In this document: positions 25,447 to 37,985 of the stretch, one piece after another
Numbering within the stretch: position 1 is the stretch's first letter
Layout of the letters: every line of letters starts with the position of its first letter
DNA from: Chiloscyllium plagiosum
Taxonomy: Eukaryota
Assembly (NCBI RefSeq): GCF_004010195.1
Contig: NC_057718.1
Coordinates: 16,770,192 to 16,834,191, forward strand
Length of the DNA stretch: 64,000 bases
Reading direction: 5' to 3'
The notes under the pieces: model-generated
Databases searched by the model: none
What the model was told of the DNA's origin: nothing
Seen by the model: only the letters and a program-made list of their open reading frames with translations
Translations under genes and position numbers: made by a program

Positions 25447-27157
25447 CTCCGACAGGGTGTGGCTTTGCCATGGAGAAAACAACACGGGATAAGGACTTTC
25501 AAATTTGCAAGAAATTCAAGAAAGGTGCAAGGCTTGATGGGTCGTTTTAAATTGCAGAGAACTTGTCCCTGCAAGTCACTTCTTGCAAGTGGAAATGAGC
25601 TACATCATGTCAATGACTGATCACCTTTACTTGTTTCATGGTCTATTTGTAAACACAGTTGGGATTATTCAGCAAGTGTTGCATAAATGTGATTCTGTAA
25701 TTGGCATTCTTCCATTTGTTCTGATGAATGCAATTCAAAACATTACGATAACAAAGTTTGGACGCAAAACTTGAAACATTTTTCCCTCTCCACAAATGCT
25801 GTCAGAAATGCTGAGTTCCTCTAACACTTACTGTTATTATTGCAGACCTTCACTACCCACAGTATTTTTCTTTTATTTAAGACTTATACGATGATACTAT
25901 AGGTGAAAAATGTATGTACTGTCTGAATTCTTGCTCTTCATAGTATGTCATCCACCATCAGAACAGAAAATCTGAGACCATAGTTCTTTGACGGTGAGCC
26001 ACACAGAATTACAGTCTTATTCTTTACTTAATTTTATATGTATGTTGAAAGTGTATGTCAATGTTCTTTTATGCTTTCTCTGTGAAACAAGCTCGTGTCT
26101 AAGTCATCAGCCAATCATTTTGAGATCAGTAACTGGGCTGTATTTGCCAATTCCAGGACTGAGCTATGTACAAAATCTGTAATAAGTGAGATTTCACTAT
26201 AAAAAATATACTTTCCTCCCAGCAGCAGTCTTTTTTAGATCCTTTAGAGACACAGAGGGTGACAAATGTTGCAATTGTAAAAGCTGACCGGGAACCCTGC
26301 AATTACTATGAAATTCAAAACATTGTAATAGTGATTCTATAAATTAAGAAATAAAGTAACAAATTTTCTCTCAAATATAAAATATTTATGTTTATTAAAT
26401 ATCATTTTTCTAAGCCAGAATCTTTTAATAGTAACTTCCCTGAAGTTCAATGATGACAATCAGTGCAGTAACCTGGTTACATACAATGAAAAATTACAAG
26501 GGCAATTCATAGAAGCAATGGTAGATACTGAAAACCATGTTAGGTGAAGATGTTAGGTGAGGTGAGTGAAGACGTAGGTGAGGGGCTCAGCTTTGCGACA
26601 AACAAGTAAGGCTAAGGGGAATAGCAGCAGAATTCAACAATACTTCGGCCTGCTAATTGCAGGCTCACCAATGAATACTGGAATGCTGAAAGGGAATACA
26701 TGGCACATCTGAGCCTAAGTAGAGGAATCAAGCTCTCATTTGCACTGGACTGGAGAGAATCTTCGTTGGAGTGTGTAGGAAGGTTTTGGACAGATTTGAA
26801 GGTAAAGAAGTTTGTAACCTGGGAAGCAGAAAACCAGTTGAAATCATGAAACACAACATCTAAGTTCTGATACTCAAGAGAATGCATGCTTCAGAGGCAT
26901 GATTTAGTTTATGCAATATCCAATTTTTTTCATAGTAAAGTTTAGAGAATTTATAGCTATTCTAGAGACACTGGAATATTCAGAATGGGTAAAGAATATT
27001 CAACCTCTCAGGGCCCATGCTCCACTTATTAGTTCACTGCTAATTTAGAATCCACTTTTTATCATCTGTTGATATTCTTAGCTAACTAAAAAAGAATTCA
27101 GAATCAAATTTGCCATCATTAATTGAGTTGTTGGTGAGTGCACCAAAATTCTATTAT

Positions 27158-27490
27158 GGGCGGCACGGTGGCTAGCACTGCTGCCTCACAGCGCCAGAGA
27201 CCCGGGTTCAATTCCTGCCTCAGGCGACTCTCTGTGTGGAGTTTGCACATTCTCCCCGTGTCTGTGTGGGTTTCCTCCAGGTGCTCCGGTTTCCTCCCAC
27301 AATCCAAAAATGTGCAGGTTAGGTGAATTGAACATGCTAAATTGTCCGTAGTGTTAGGTGAAGCAGTAAGTGTCGGAGTATGGGTCTGGGTGGTATACGC
27401 TTTGGCGGGTCGGTGTGGACTTGTTGGGCCGAAAGGCCTGTTTCCACACTGTAAGTAATCTAATCTAATCTAATCTAATCTAATCTAATC
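27158..27490 (+). mobile_element. tRNA-derived SINE with long (CTAAT)n tail
   Basis: gggcggcacggtggc head, ggttcaattcc B-box, (taatc)n run at 27456-27490. Confidence 0.93.
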
Positions 27491-29214
27491 TTTGCATTAA
27501 ATTGTGGCTCAAAGATTAATGTGGTAGAAATGGGTTCTGATTCATGGGAGACTGCCAGCAATACTGAGGAATTCGCACTGCTATTCCTTTGGTACATTTG
27601 AGCCATGTTGGGAACTAGTTCCCAGCAAATTGTATAGTACTATAGTACTATAGAGTTATAGAAAGGAATTTAAACAAATGGCTTTGGGGAGGAAAGTTCG
27701 ATTGTGGTAATAGTGGTAAAAAGTCAAAGCTTAAGGCTTTTTATCGAAATGTATGCAGTATATTTAAGAAAATAAATGAGTTGACAGCATAAATAGAAAT
27801 AAATAAATATGATTTGATTGCTATTACAGAGATGTTATGCATGGTGACCAAGTCTAGGATTCAATGTTTAAAAGTATTGAATTTTCTGGAAGAATAAGCG
27901 AAACGGGAAAAGAGATGTGATAAACTTTGTTAAAAAATGTTATCAGTACATTAGTAAGTTGTGATATTGGTGCATTAGATCATGATGCGGAATTGGTTTT
28001 GTTGAAAACACGGAATAACAAAGCAATGAAGTCATGAGTGGGAATCCTCTAAAGGGTCCTGAAGAATTGCCTCACTAACACAAAGCATTAATCAAGAAAT
28101 AATGGAAGTATCTAAGAAGGGCACTGTAATAGTCATGGGTTATTTTAATCATATATTGACTGGATAAATTAGGTAGGCAAGGCTAACATAGAAGATAAAT
28201 TAGTAGAGTACATCAGGGATTTTTCTTCGAGCAGTACACTGCAGAACCTACCTAGTAACAGAGATTTTTAAGACTTAGTAATGAGCAATTAGATAGGATA
28301 ATTAAGAAATTATCTTCTGAAAGATCCTCCAGTTAGTAGCGATCACAACAGAGTAGACTTACAAATTTAGTTCGAAGGAGAGTAACTCAAATCTCAAACC
28401 TTTATCATCACTTAAATAAGAACAATTACAGAGGTATGAAGAAAGAGATATCTAACGCAGGCTATAAAAATAGACCAAGGAGAAAGTCAGTCACTGAGCA
28501 GGTCAGGCAGTTAAACAGATATTTCATAACACAGCAAAACTTTATTCCAGTAAAAACGAAGCACTCGAGAAGGATTAGCCACCCATGGTTAACAAAAGAT
28601 TAATGAGGAGAATATCTAGTCAAAAAAAGCATACAAAGCGACAAAAACTAGTGTTAGCCAGCTAATTGAGTTTTTTTTAAGAAGTTACTACAGAGGAAAA
28701 AAGTTTGAAAGTTAATTGGCAAGAAATATAAAAACAAACAGAAAGTGCTCCTATGTATGTGTAAAAAGGAAAAGAATAGCCTAAGGAAATGTGAGACACA
28801 TGAAGGATCTAACTTGGGAATTATGAATGGGGAACAGGGAAGTGGCAGATAACCTAAACCACTATTTTTCATCTGTCTTCTTGGTGAAGAACACTATAAA
28901 ATAAGCTGGGGGTGGGGGGGCATATTGTGATGAGGAATCTACAAAAGGATATAGATAGTTGAGTTAGCAGGCAAAAAACATGGAGTTTAAGTGAGAAGTC
29001 ATGCATTTTAGTAGGACAAATCAAAAGGAAGATTACTTAAATGGAGTGAGACTCTAAATAAAGTGCAGCACAGAATATATGGGTGTACTTGTGCATAAAA
29101 CATAAAAAGGTTAGCATGCAGGTACAACAAATAATTAAAAAGGCAAAATGAATTTTGGTCTTTATTGCAAGGGAGTTAAGTTTAAAATTATAGATTGTGT
29201 GATAAATGTTGATA

Positions 29215-30881
29215 CAGGTACATATCCCTTTATCAGAGAATCTGAAAACCGAAAAGCTCCGAAAGCTAAAGGATTTCATGGAGTGTGCAGCGTCAGTCAT
29301 GTCTGCGTAACCTAACGGGGTTTTCTTGGCAGGTGAAGGCCGCACCCACTCGACCCACGTGGCAGCATAGCCCAGCACTCGGAAGCATCAGTTGTGTATT
29401 GTTTTTTACTGTGCTAAATTGTTTAATTTTAGAGTGAAAATGTCAAAAAGAGGTGCAGGTACATCTATGGCTAACAATAATATAAAGAAAAGGAAGCATC
29501 TGTCATTATCAGTAATGCAGAAAGTAGAAGTATTGCAGAAGCTTGATCATGGTGTGGCTGTCCAGCGCCTTACTGAAGAATATGGTGTCTACCACTGTCT
29601 ATGATTTGAAGAAACAAAAAGACGAGTTACTGAAGTTTTATGGTGACAGTGATGACCATCAACTAATGAAGAATAGGAAAACACTGCATAAGGCAAAAAC
29701 TGAAGATCTTAACCATGTGTTGATGGAGTGGATTAGTCAACGAAGAAGTGAACGTATGCCACTGACTGGTTTGATGGTCATGAAACAAGCTAGAAAATAT
29801 CAGAAAGAACTGAACATTAAAGGAGAATGTCATTATTCAGAAGGTTGGTGCAGAAATTCCAGAAGCGTAATGCTGTGAAATGCCTGAAAATCTGTGGCAA
29901 AAAGGCTTCTGCTGAAAATTATGTTGGTGAATTTGCCAAGCTGATATCTGACAAAAGCCTTAGTCTTGAACAAATCTACAATGCTGATGAAACAGCTCTC
30001 TACTGGTGCTATGTCCCAAGAAAAACATTTGCAACGGCTAATGAGAGAGCACCAATAGGTTTGAAGGAAAGATTAACTATTCTTGGGTGTGTCAATACTG
30101 CAGGCACACACAAGGTGAAATTGGCAGTGATTGGGAAAAGCAAACATCGGAGATGTTTTAAAGGTGTATGCAATTTGCCTGTGCATTATTATGCAAACAA
30201 GAAAGCATGGATAACCCGAGAAATTTTTCCCGACTAGTTCAGTAAACACTTCGTACCAGCGGCCTGAGCTCATTGCAGACAAGCTGGACTGGAAGAAAAG
30301 TGTAAAATTTTATTGTTCCTTAACAACTGCTCCGCACATCCCCCTGCCGAACAACTTGTGAAAAGTAATATTTTTGGCATTTACTTGCCCCCGAATGTGA
30401 CATTGGTCTTACAGCCTTGTAACCAAGGAATTTTAAGCTCCATGAAGAGCTAGTATAAAGACTATTTTTTAAACAGTATGCTTGTTGGTCAACAGAGAGG
30501 TAGGAATTCAAAACTTCCTGAAAGAGTTTAGTCTTAAGCATGCCATTTACGCAGTTGCTAATGCTCAGAATGATGTTGATAAAGCAACATTAACAAATGT
30601 TTGGCACAGACTCTGGCCTACAATGATCTTTCTTGTAAATGAACCTGCAGATGAGGAGTTTGAAGGATTTCATGTCACTGAAGAGAAAAATATGGTAGCA
30701 AGCCTGGTTACTTACGCACAAAACTTATCGGACGAAAGTGTAATAAATTACATGAAGCTAACATCAAAGAAGTGCTGAACATTGAGAATGATGTGCCTGT
30801 TGTGCGTTCCTTTAGCGATTGGAACATTGCTGAAATGGTTTTAAATATGGGTTCCCGTACAGATAAGCATGAGGATAGCCG

Positions 30882-30914
<33 letters not shown>

Positions 30915-31060
30915 GTTAGTAAACACAGTCGAAAAAGTCCCCATTGATGATATGGTGAAAATGTGTGATCAGTTAATTGCTGGCCTTGAACAATGTTCAT
31001 TTAACATTGCTGAAATGGTTTTAAATATGGGTTCCCGTACAGATAAGCATGAGGATAGCC

Positions 31061-31091
<31 letters not shown>

Positions 31092-31811
31092 GTTAGTAAA
31101 CACAGTCGAAAAAGTCCCCATTGAAGATATGGTGAAAATGTGTGATCAGTTAATTGCTGGCCTTGAACAATGTTCATTTATCAGTGAGCAAGAGATTATG
31201 GCAATTTACTTAATTAAAGAGAGATTGCTTGGACAGAAACCTATGTTAATGAGACAGATGACACTTGAAGAAGCCTTTAAAAGCATATGTTTAAGTTTTA
31301 CCAAATTTATTTTATGGAAATAAAATGTTGTTGAATATTTGTAGTCGATGTATTTCATGAATTTGTATATATTACTCTATAAATAAGCTTTGTACGTTTA
31401 AGTTCTCCCAAATGATTTTCTTGTAATTTTTTTAATGGAAATAAAATGTTGTTGAATATTTATAGTCGATATATTGGTCGATATATTACTCTTTAAATAA
31501 GCTTTGTATGTTTAAATTTTCTCGTATGTTTCTCTTGTAATGTTTTTTATGAAAATAAAATGTTTTGAATATTTATGGTCAATGTATTTCATTTATCAGT
31601 ACTCTATAAAGTGTTGCAGTATTTCTAGTCTTTATTTATCCCACTTAGTGTGAGTATTCATATGTTTTTGCTGCAGTACAGTATTTATGTTTGATTATGG
31701 GTTGCTGCCCTGTCCCTACAGGGGGCGCTACATTAGTTCCGAAAACCACAAAATTCCGATTTCCACAAGGCAGCTAGCCCCGAGCATTTCGGATAAAGGG
31801 AAATGGAGCTG
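29215..31811 (+). mobile_element. Full-length pogo/Tigger DNA transposon (Tigger4/Zombi-like), inactive
   Basis: TA TSDs at 29213-14 and 31812-13. TIRs CAGGTACATATCCCTTTATCAGA and CAGCTCCATTTCCCTTTATCCGA (reverse complement), 19/23 identical. Transposase inside. Confidence 0.93.
29440..31323 (+). pseudogene. Tigger/Jerky-like transposase pseudogene (HTH_psq, CENP-B HTH, DDE_1)
   Basis: MSKR..KKRKHLSLSVMQKVEVL..EEYGV; L..WISQRRSE..GLMVMKQA; IYNADETALYW; KERLTILGCVNTAGTHK; LFLNNCSAHP; LQPCNQG. Frameshifts and stops throughout. Confidence 0.92.
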
Positions 31812-32666
31812 TAGTGTTGATAAGGCCGCACCTGGATTACCGTGTACAGTTTTGGGATCCATATTTTAAAAACTGCATTGGAAGCAACTCAAAACAGACT
31901 TGCTAGGCTAAATCCTGGGATTAAGGGATTAACTTCTCAAGATTTCTAAACTGGTTAGGCATAAAAACAGAAAGCTTCAACTGTGAAGTAGTAATCATGA
32001 ACTCAAAATGTTAACTGTGTCTCTATATATGCTGCCTGTATGCGGAGTTTATCAGGCATTTTTGTTGTTTGTACTTCAGATTTCCAGCAGCTGCAGTAAT
32101 TTGCTTTTATTAAACAGTTTAGACCTTTATTTGTTAGAGTTTAGAGGAATGAGGAGTGATTTTATTCAGATGTACAATATTTTGAGGAGGCTTGACAGGA
32201 TAGATGTTGAGAAGACGTTTCCTCTAGTGGGGGAACATCAAACTAAGGGGCATAGATACACAATAAAGGGATGTATACTTAAAGCTGAGATGTAAAGGAA
32301 TTTGTTCTCCCAGAGGATGGAATATCTGGAATTCTCTATTCCAGAGTGTTGTGGAATCTACTGAAGTTTTTAAAGAGGTAGATAGATTTTTGAAATATCA
32401 AGGCTATGAGGGGCTAGCATGAAAGAAGAATTGAAGGTGAGGCAGATCAGCCATCACCTTATTGAATGATGGGACCAGCTTGATAGGTTAAGTATCCCAC
32501 TTATGTTTCTCATTGTCTTATATAAATTTTGTTTCCAAAACTACTCTTTGATTCCACATATTTGCTATTTTCTCAGATGTACAGTGACAGATGTTGGTAT
32601 TTAAATGCTGGTACTTAACCAAAAAGAAAACAAATGACCATCTCACATTATTTAAAATGAACTTAC

Positions 32667-32855
32667 TTCCTTAATCTTTCAACCGCCTTCATCTCTACAT
32701 CACTATGGGTCCGGGCCAGAACAGCCTCATGCTGGGCACATTTCACACACAGACCGGCAACACGTTCTGAACTGTCTATTGTAAGCAAAGATTCTTGAAC
32801 CTTTAATCGTTCTTCCAGCTGGTGACATTCCTTTTGAGATTCAGACAGATCTTTT
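32667..32855 (-). CDS. SDCCAG8: SDCCAG8 coding exon (exon 8 equivalent), 189 bp, phase 2-2
   Basis: Acceptor actttAG, donor GTaagt. KDLSESQKECHQLEERLKVQESLLTIDSSERVAGLCVKCAQHEAVLARTHSDVEMKAVERLR(K) contains the diagnostic RVxGLCxKCAQHEAVL motif. Confidence 0.97.
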
Positions 32856-33874
32856 CTAAAGTATCACAAATAAGGAAATCTTTTAACAATTACATTCACT
32901 GATGAGTAAGAATAAATACAGGAGGAAGTAAAATAATGCAATGTAATTATCAACAAGCAAAAACTGTAAAGCACAATTAAGCACAGAAATGGCATTGTGA
33001 AGAATTCTATTGAATAAATTATGTAATGGTCAACCAGCATTTTTAAAAGTAATCTATTGGTTTGCTTTGTAAATGATGAATTCTGTAGATTTTAACTATC
33101 AGATGAAAGAGTTGGTAACAAAAGCATCTGGCAAAGTCCTAGTTCTTAGTCAACACAGCCCTGAACAGGCTCTAGATGGGGCTTCCATTCATCACCTTCC
33201 TGTTGCCAGAAATTGGAAGCATTAATTTAATAATCTATAAAATCTCTCGACACAGCAACAATATTTATTCAGATACAACACATGGAAGCATCCCAGATCA
33301 AAGTTTTAGTACCTCCTGGATTACAAAACTGTGCAGGTCAAATATCTAACTGATGTCTATATCACTTACCTATGTTGGGGGGTTAATGCTGGCTGGACAG
33401 ATCAAAGACGTGTTCAAGAAGATGATGAACCTCTGCACAACACTAAGGGACTACAACGTCCAAACAGCCAAGAAGATCACTCTCTCAACCTCAAAGTAGT
33501 CCCACCAAAGAGGGGAATTTCTACATGCAGTGATCAAATAAAGGCAGCTGCATAAAGATAATTGTGCCCATTGGATTCAAGCATTATTTCACTGAATCAA
33601 TCTTGGTGACAAAGAAGACTGAAACCTATGATCTCCTAGAACCAATACAAAGCGCTGTCATTATATGGAACAACAACCTAAAGCTGCAGGTTAAGGAGGC
33701 AGTATTCTAGCTGTTTCCCAAAGACAAATCTGGAAGATAAAGGACACGTGGTAGGAACAGGAAGCTTGCAATATTCAACAATATGTTGACCCTCAAGTTA
33801 TGCAGAGCTTTTTTTGAAGTCACCAAGGCCATCATGGAATGGTGTCTCTTGATTTATTATTTCAAGGAAGGGAA

Positions 33875-34145
33875 ATGGTAATGTCACTGGACTAGTAATT
33901 CAAAAATCTAGGGTGATGCTCAAGGAGCATGGATTCAAATCTCACCACAGCGGATGATGAAAGTTGACTTCAATAAAAATCTAGAGTTAAGTGCTAGCCT
34001 AATGGCAAACATGTAACACTATCGTTTGGCATTTTAAAACCCATATGGTTGACTAATGCTCCCAGGGAAGGAACTGTGCAATCCTTAATGTTCAGGTCTA
34101 CATGTGATTCCATATCCTCGGCAATGTGGTTGATGCTTAATTGAA
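33875..34145 (+). mobile_element. Second tRNA-SINE family (degenerate)
   Basis: ggtaatgtcactggactagtaat..gattcaaatctcacc..ttcaataaaaatct..gcaatgtggttga; homologous to 55705-56046. Confidence 0.7.
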
Positions 34146-34269
34146 CGGAGTGGTTTTCTATGACATTTCAGAGGCCATCTCAGTAACTACAATACTGTGG
34201 ATCTGGAGTCATCTGTAGGTCAGACCCATTAGGAATAGTGAGATTTCCTAAAAGACATCTTCCAAAGGA

Positions 34270-34960
34270 TGTCAATGCAGTCCAAATGGGTACAATAAGA
34301 TGCTATTCAGCCCTTGATGTCTGCTCTGACATTCAATACGATTATGGACAAACTTTTTTGTGTTCCAAATTCTACATTCTCATCTCTCTTTGATAACCTT
34401 TTATTCCCTTACCTAACATGAATCTGTCTACCACTGTCTTAAAAATATTCAAAAAACCCATTTCCACCACCTCTGATGCAGTATTCCAAAGTTACACAGT
34501 TCTCAGAAAGAATTTCCCTGTATCTCTTTCCTAAGACAGTAACCCCTTACTTTAACAATAAAGTCTCCGAGTTCTGGACTAACTTGCAACAGTTAACATC
34601 CTTGCCATGTCCACATTGTCAAGACCATTCAGATCCAATATATTTCAAACAGATGAACCACTCACTCTTCTAACTCTAATGAAAACAAGCCCATCCTGTC
34701 AAACATTTTGCCTCAGTAGACCACCTGCTTACTCAAGGTATCAATGTAGTAAAGCTCCTCTGAACCACCTTCAATGCATTTACATTCTTCCTTAAATAAG
34801 ATGAGCAAGCCTGCAAGCAGTATTCAAGATATGACCTCACCAATACCCCATAACTGAAGTATAATTTCATTACTTTTATGTCTAATACTCTCTTAATAAA
34901 GACTAGTAACCCATTAGCATTCCTGATTATGTGTTGTATCTGCATATTAACTACTGTGAC
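34270..34960 (-). mobile_element. Old CR1-type remnant
   Basis: VLVRSYLEYCLQACSSYLRKNVNALKVVQRSFT on the minus strand. Confidence 0.75.
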
Positions 34961-35429
34961 CCGGAAACTAGAAAAACCAGATTTCTTGGAGTTCTACAGT
35001 TTTCCTCTTTGGGTGGGATGGTGGCTCAGCAGTTTGCACTGCTGCCTCACAGTACTAGGGACCTGGATTTGATTCCAGCTTTGGGCAACTGCCTGTGTGG
35101 AATTTGCACATTCTCCCAGTGTCTGGATTTTCGCCAGGTCCCCAATAATTTCTGCCAAATTTCTATGCATTCTAGTATGTTATCTCTATACCATGAGCTC
35201 CTAATTTGCACAATAGTCTTAATGTGGAATCTTATCGCAAATCCATCTATCATACATCAATGGGTTCCTTTCTCCCCATAGCACGTTATTCCTTCAAAGA
35301 ATTCTAATAAATTGGTTAACAATCATACTGACTCTTCCTGGTCACCTTGAGATTTTCTCAAGTGCCAGTTCTAAACCTCCTTAAATGATTGATTCCATAG
35401 CTTTGCATGATGGGCATCAAGCTGACTGA

Positions 35430-36310
35430 CCAAAACAAAAAATAAAGAACAGCAGATGCTGAAAGTCTGAAACAATCAGACATTGCAGGAGAAACTCAGT
35501 AGGTCAGGCAACATCTGAAAGAAAGCAAAGGCAACGTTTTGGGTCCAGAGACCTTCTTCAGAACCTTTATGACATTCATTCTTCAGAATTGTCTTCTCCC
35601 TGTGGCTGAGGATATCCTCCCAGAGACAGTGTGGCTTTGGACCTTTCAGAAAAACCTCCAACATTGTCTTTATTGCTAGACGAACCCAAGGAAAATGTTG
35701 CAAACAGCATCAGGGAGTCTTCATTGCATACATGCAGCTGACCAAGGGATTTGATTCAGTAAGAAGCACAGAGAATGTTGCAACCATTCAAAAGTAACCA
35801 TGCTCTTCTGGAACATTCCACTCCTCCTCTTCCTTCTGAATCCATCCCTTCTTCTAACCCAACTCTTGTTAGAAATTTACCATACCTTCTGACCTTCTGT
35901 TCTCTGATGCTGAATGATCTGTACGGACATGACATGATGTCAAACTCTTCATCCTTTGCCTTTGCATTTGTACCCCTTTCTGTGGACAGGAGTCCTCTCC
36001 TTGTACAATAGACTCGTTGATCAGCATCCAACATTCTCCTCCACCTTCCTCTGGTCTCTTAACTTCACTTGAGTTATTCATTAAAAACTGTAATCGTAAC
36101 AATGGTCTTAATTTCTCTGCTCTCCTCACCCATTCTAACCTAACATCCTCTGAACAGGGTGTACTCCATGCTCTTAGATCCAATCCTGACTTTGCAATTA
36201 AACCTGTCAACAAGGTGCTGTTGTTGTCTGGCTTACTGACCTTGACCTTGATCTTGCGAAGGCTGAGTACCAACTCTTAGAAACCTCATATCTTCCTCTG
36301 GGTCATACCC
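35430..36310 (+). mobile_element. Penelope-like element fragment
   Basis: HSNLTSSEQGVLHALRSNPDFAIKPVNK (cf. IKPADKG), with a terminal-repeat motif at about 35440-35560. Confidence 0.7.
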
Positions 36311-36719
36311 CATGCCTATTACTCTTCTAAAATCCAGCCAATACAGGTTTAGCCAATCCAAGCTATATAATACTCATGAGCCAACCTGTCCATTCCAGAT
36401 ATGAGTCTGGCAAATCTTCTCTTGACTGCTTTCAATATACTTACATTCTTATTTAAATACTATACACAGTACTTCACATGTGGTCTCTCCAATGCCCTAT
36501 AAAACTGAAGCATAACTTCCCCACCCTCACATTCAATTCCCTTATCAATAAATTATAACATTTTATTAGCTTTCCTTATTACTTGTTGTACTTATACACA
36601 AACATTTTGTAATACATGCATTCAGATCCCTCAGAATACTGAAATCTCTCAGCATTTAAATATTAAGTATCTTTTTTATTCTTCATGTCAAAATTAATAT
36701 TTTTACATTTTCCCAGTGG

Positions 36720-37985
36720 AAAAGAAAAATGGATAGGTAGAGATGGACCTGAGAGAGAGATATATTAAAGGGGCAGGCAAATGAAGAGATTACTGATAGT
36801 AAGCCATGACAGTAGAGAAGCTGAATAAGTGATAATAGCCTGAGAATGAGTGAGGACCTTGTGTGGAGTGGGTAAAAAACATGGAAGGATGGGATCAGGC
36901 TCTAAAGTTCTTGAACTCGATGCTGAGTCCTAAGACTGCAGGGTCCCCAAGTGGAAAACAAGATGCTGTTCTTCCAGCTTGTGCTGAAGCACGCTGGATC
37001 ACTGCAGCAGGCCTGTGTCAGAAATTTCAGCATGGGAACACAGCGGGGTGTTGAAGTGGCAGGCAATTAGAAACTCAGGGTCATCTTTACAGACAGAATG
37101 TAGGTGTTCCAAAAGCAGTGTCCCAATGTGTGTTTTGTGCTGTCAATGCAGAGGAGACCACTCTGCGAACAGGAAATACACCAGACTAGATTGAATGAAG
37201 TGCAGGTAAATCGCTGCTTCACCTGGAAGGTATGTGTGGGGCCTTATATAATAAGGAGGTAATTGAGCAGGTGCTAAAACTTATGTGATTACATGGGAAG
37301 GTGCCTTTGGAAGATGTTAGGAATAGAGGAAGAGTGGACCAGGGGGAGTCCCAGAAGGCATCCGATCCCTGTGGAATGTTGACAAAGGAGAGGAGAGGAA
37401 CGTCTGTCTGGTCGTGGCATCCCACTAGCGGTGATGGAAAATAATTGTCGGGCATAGCTCCATCCTTTTTTTTAAAACACGTACCCCAAAACCCATTTCT
37501 GCCATAACATGGGTTGTTTTTAGTATAGCTAACCCATCTTTGAATCACCAATCTTTGAATTATTATCACATTCTCTCCTACCTCAGCTCTCATTATCATT
37601 TATTCAGCTTCCCTTCTGTTCTGGTCTACTATCAATAATTCCTTTTTTGCCTATTCCTATCATATCTATTTGGGTTTCATCACCATCTTTCCACTCACTT
37701 CTCTCCCTGTATCCCCAACCTCATCTTCTGCATAAATACCACCTCTTCATAGATGCTATCAGTTCTGATGAAGAGTCACTGGACTCAAAGTTAACTTTGG
37801 CAACATCTGCAGAGAGAAATCAGAGTCAGCATTTTGGGTCAAGTGACCTGTTGAGAGGATGGGTCACTCAACCTGAAATGTTAACTCTAATTTCCCTCCA
37901 CGGATACTGCCAGACCTGCTGAGTTTCAGCAGCAATTTCTGTTTTTGTTTCAGATCTCCAGCATTCACTGTTCTTTGTTTTATAA
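36720..37985. mobile_element. Penelope-like 3' (GIY-YIG-side) fragments and palindromic terminal repeats
   Basis: Minus strand GTFPCNH..STCS and FNLVWCISCSQSGLLC (cf. NLVYCIRCSRCGLLYIGET). Terminal-repeat motifs at 37760-37985. Confidence 0.68.

Larger units (their letters stand above)
27680..32500 (+). mobile_element. Highly degraded CR1-type LINE, host of the Tigger insertion
   Basis: Endonuclease-like attgctattacagag and VMGYFN..IDW at the 5' side. VLIRPHLDYRVQFW resumes right after 31813; EFRGMRSDFIQMYNILRRLDRID near 32140. Confidence 0.7.

Noticed and set aside
27456..27490. Short direct-repeat arrays as CRISPR or telomeric repeats
   Set aside because: (TAATC)n and (AGAACAT)n are SINE/LINE 3' tails with no spacers, in a eukaryotic context.
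30708..31000. Minus-strand ORFs with poly-Ser and poly-His
   Set aside because: Antisense readings of the (GAT)n poly-Asp tract in the transposase.
29440..31323. Domesticated JRK/JRKL/TIGD gene
   Set aside because: Multiple frameshifts and stops, with TIRs and TA TSD retained: a dead transposon, not a host gene.
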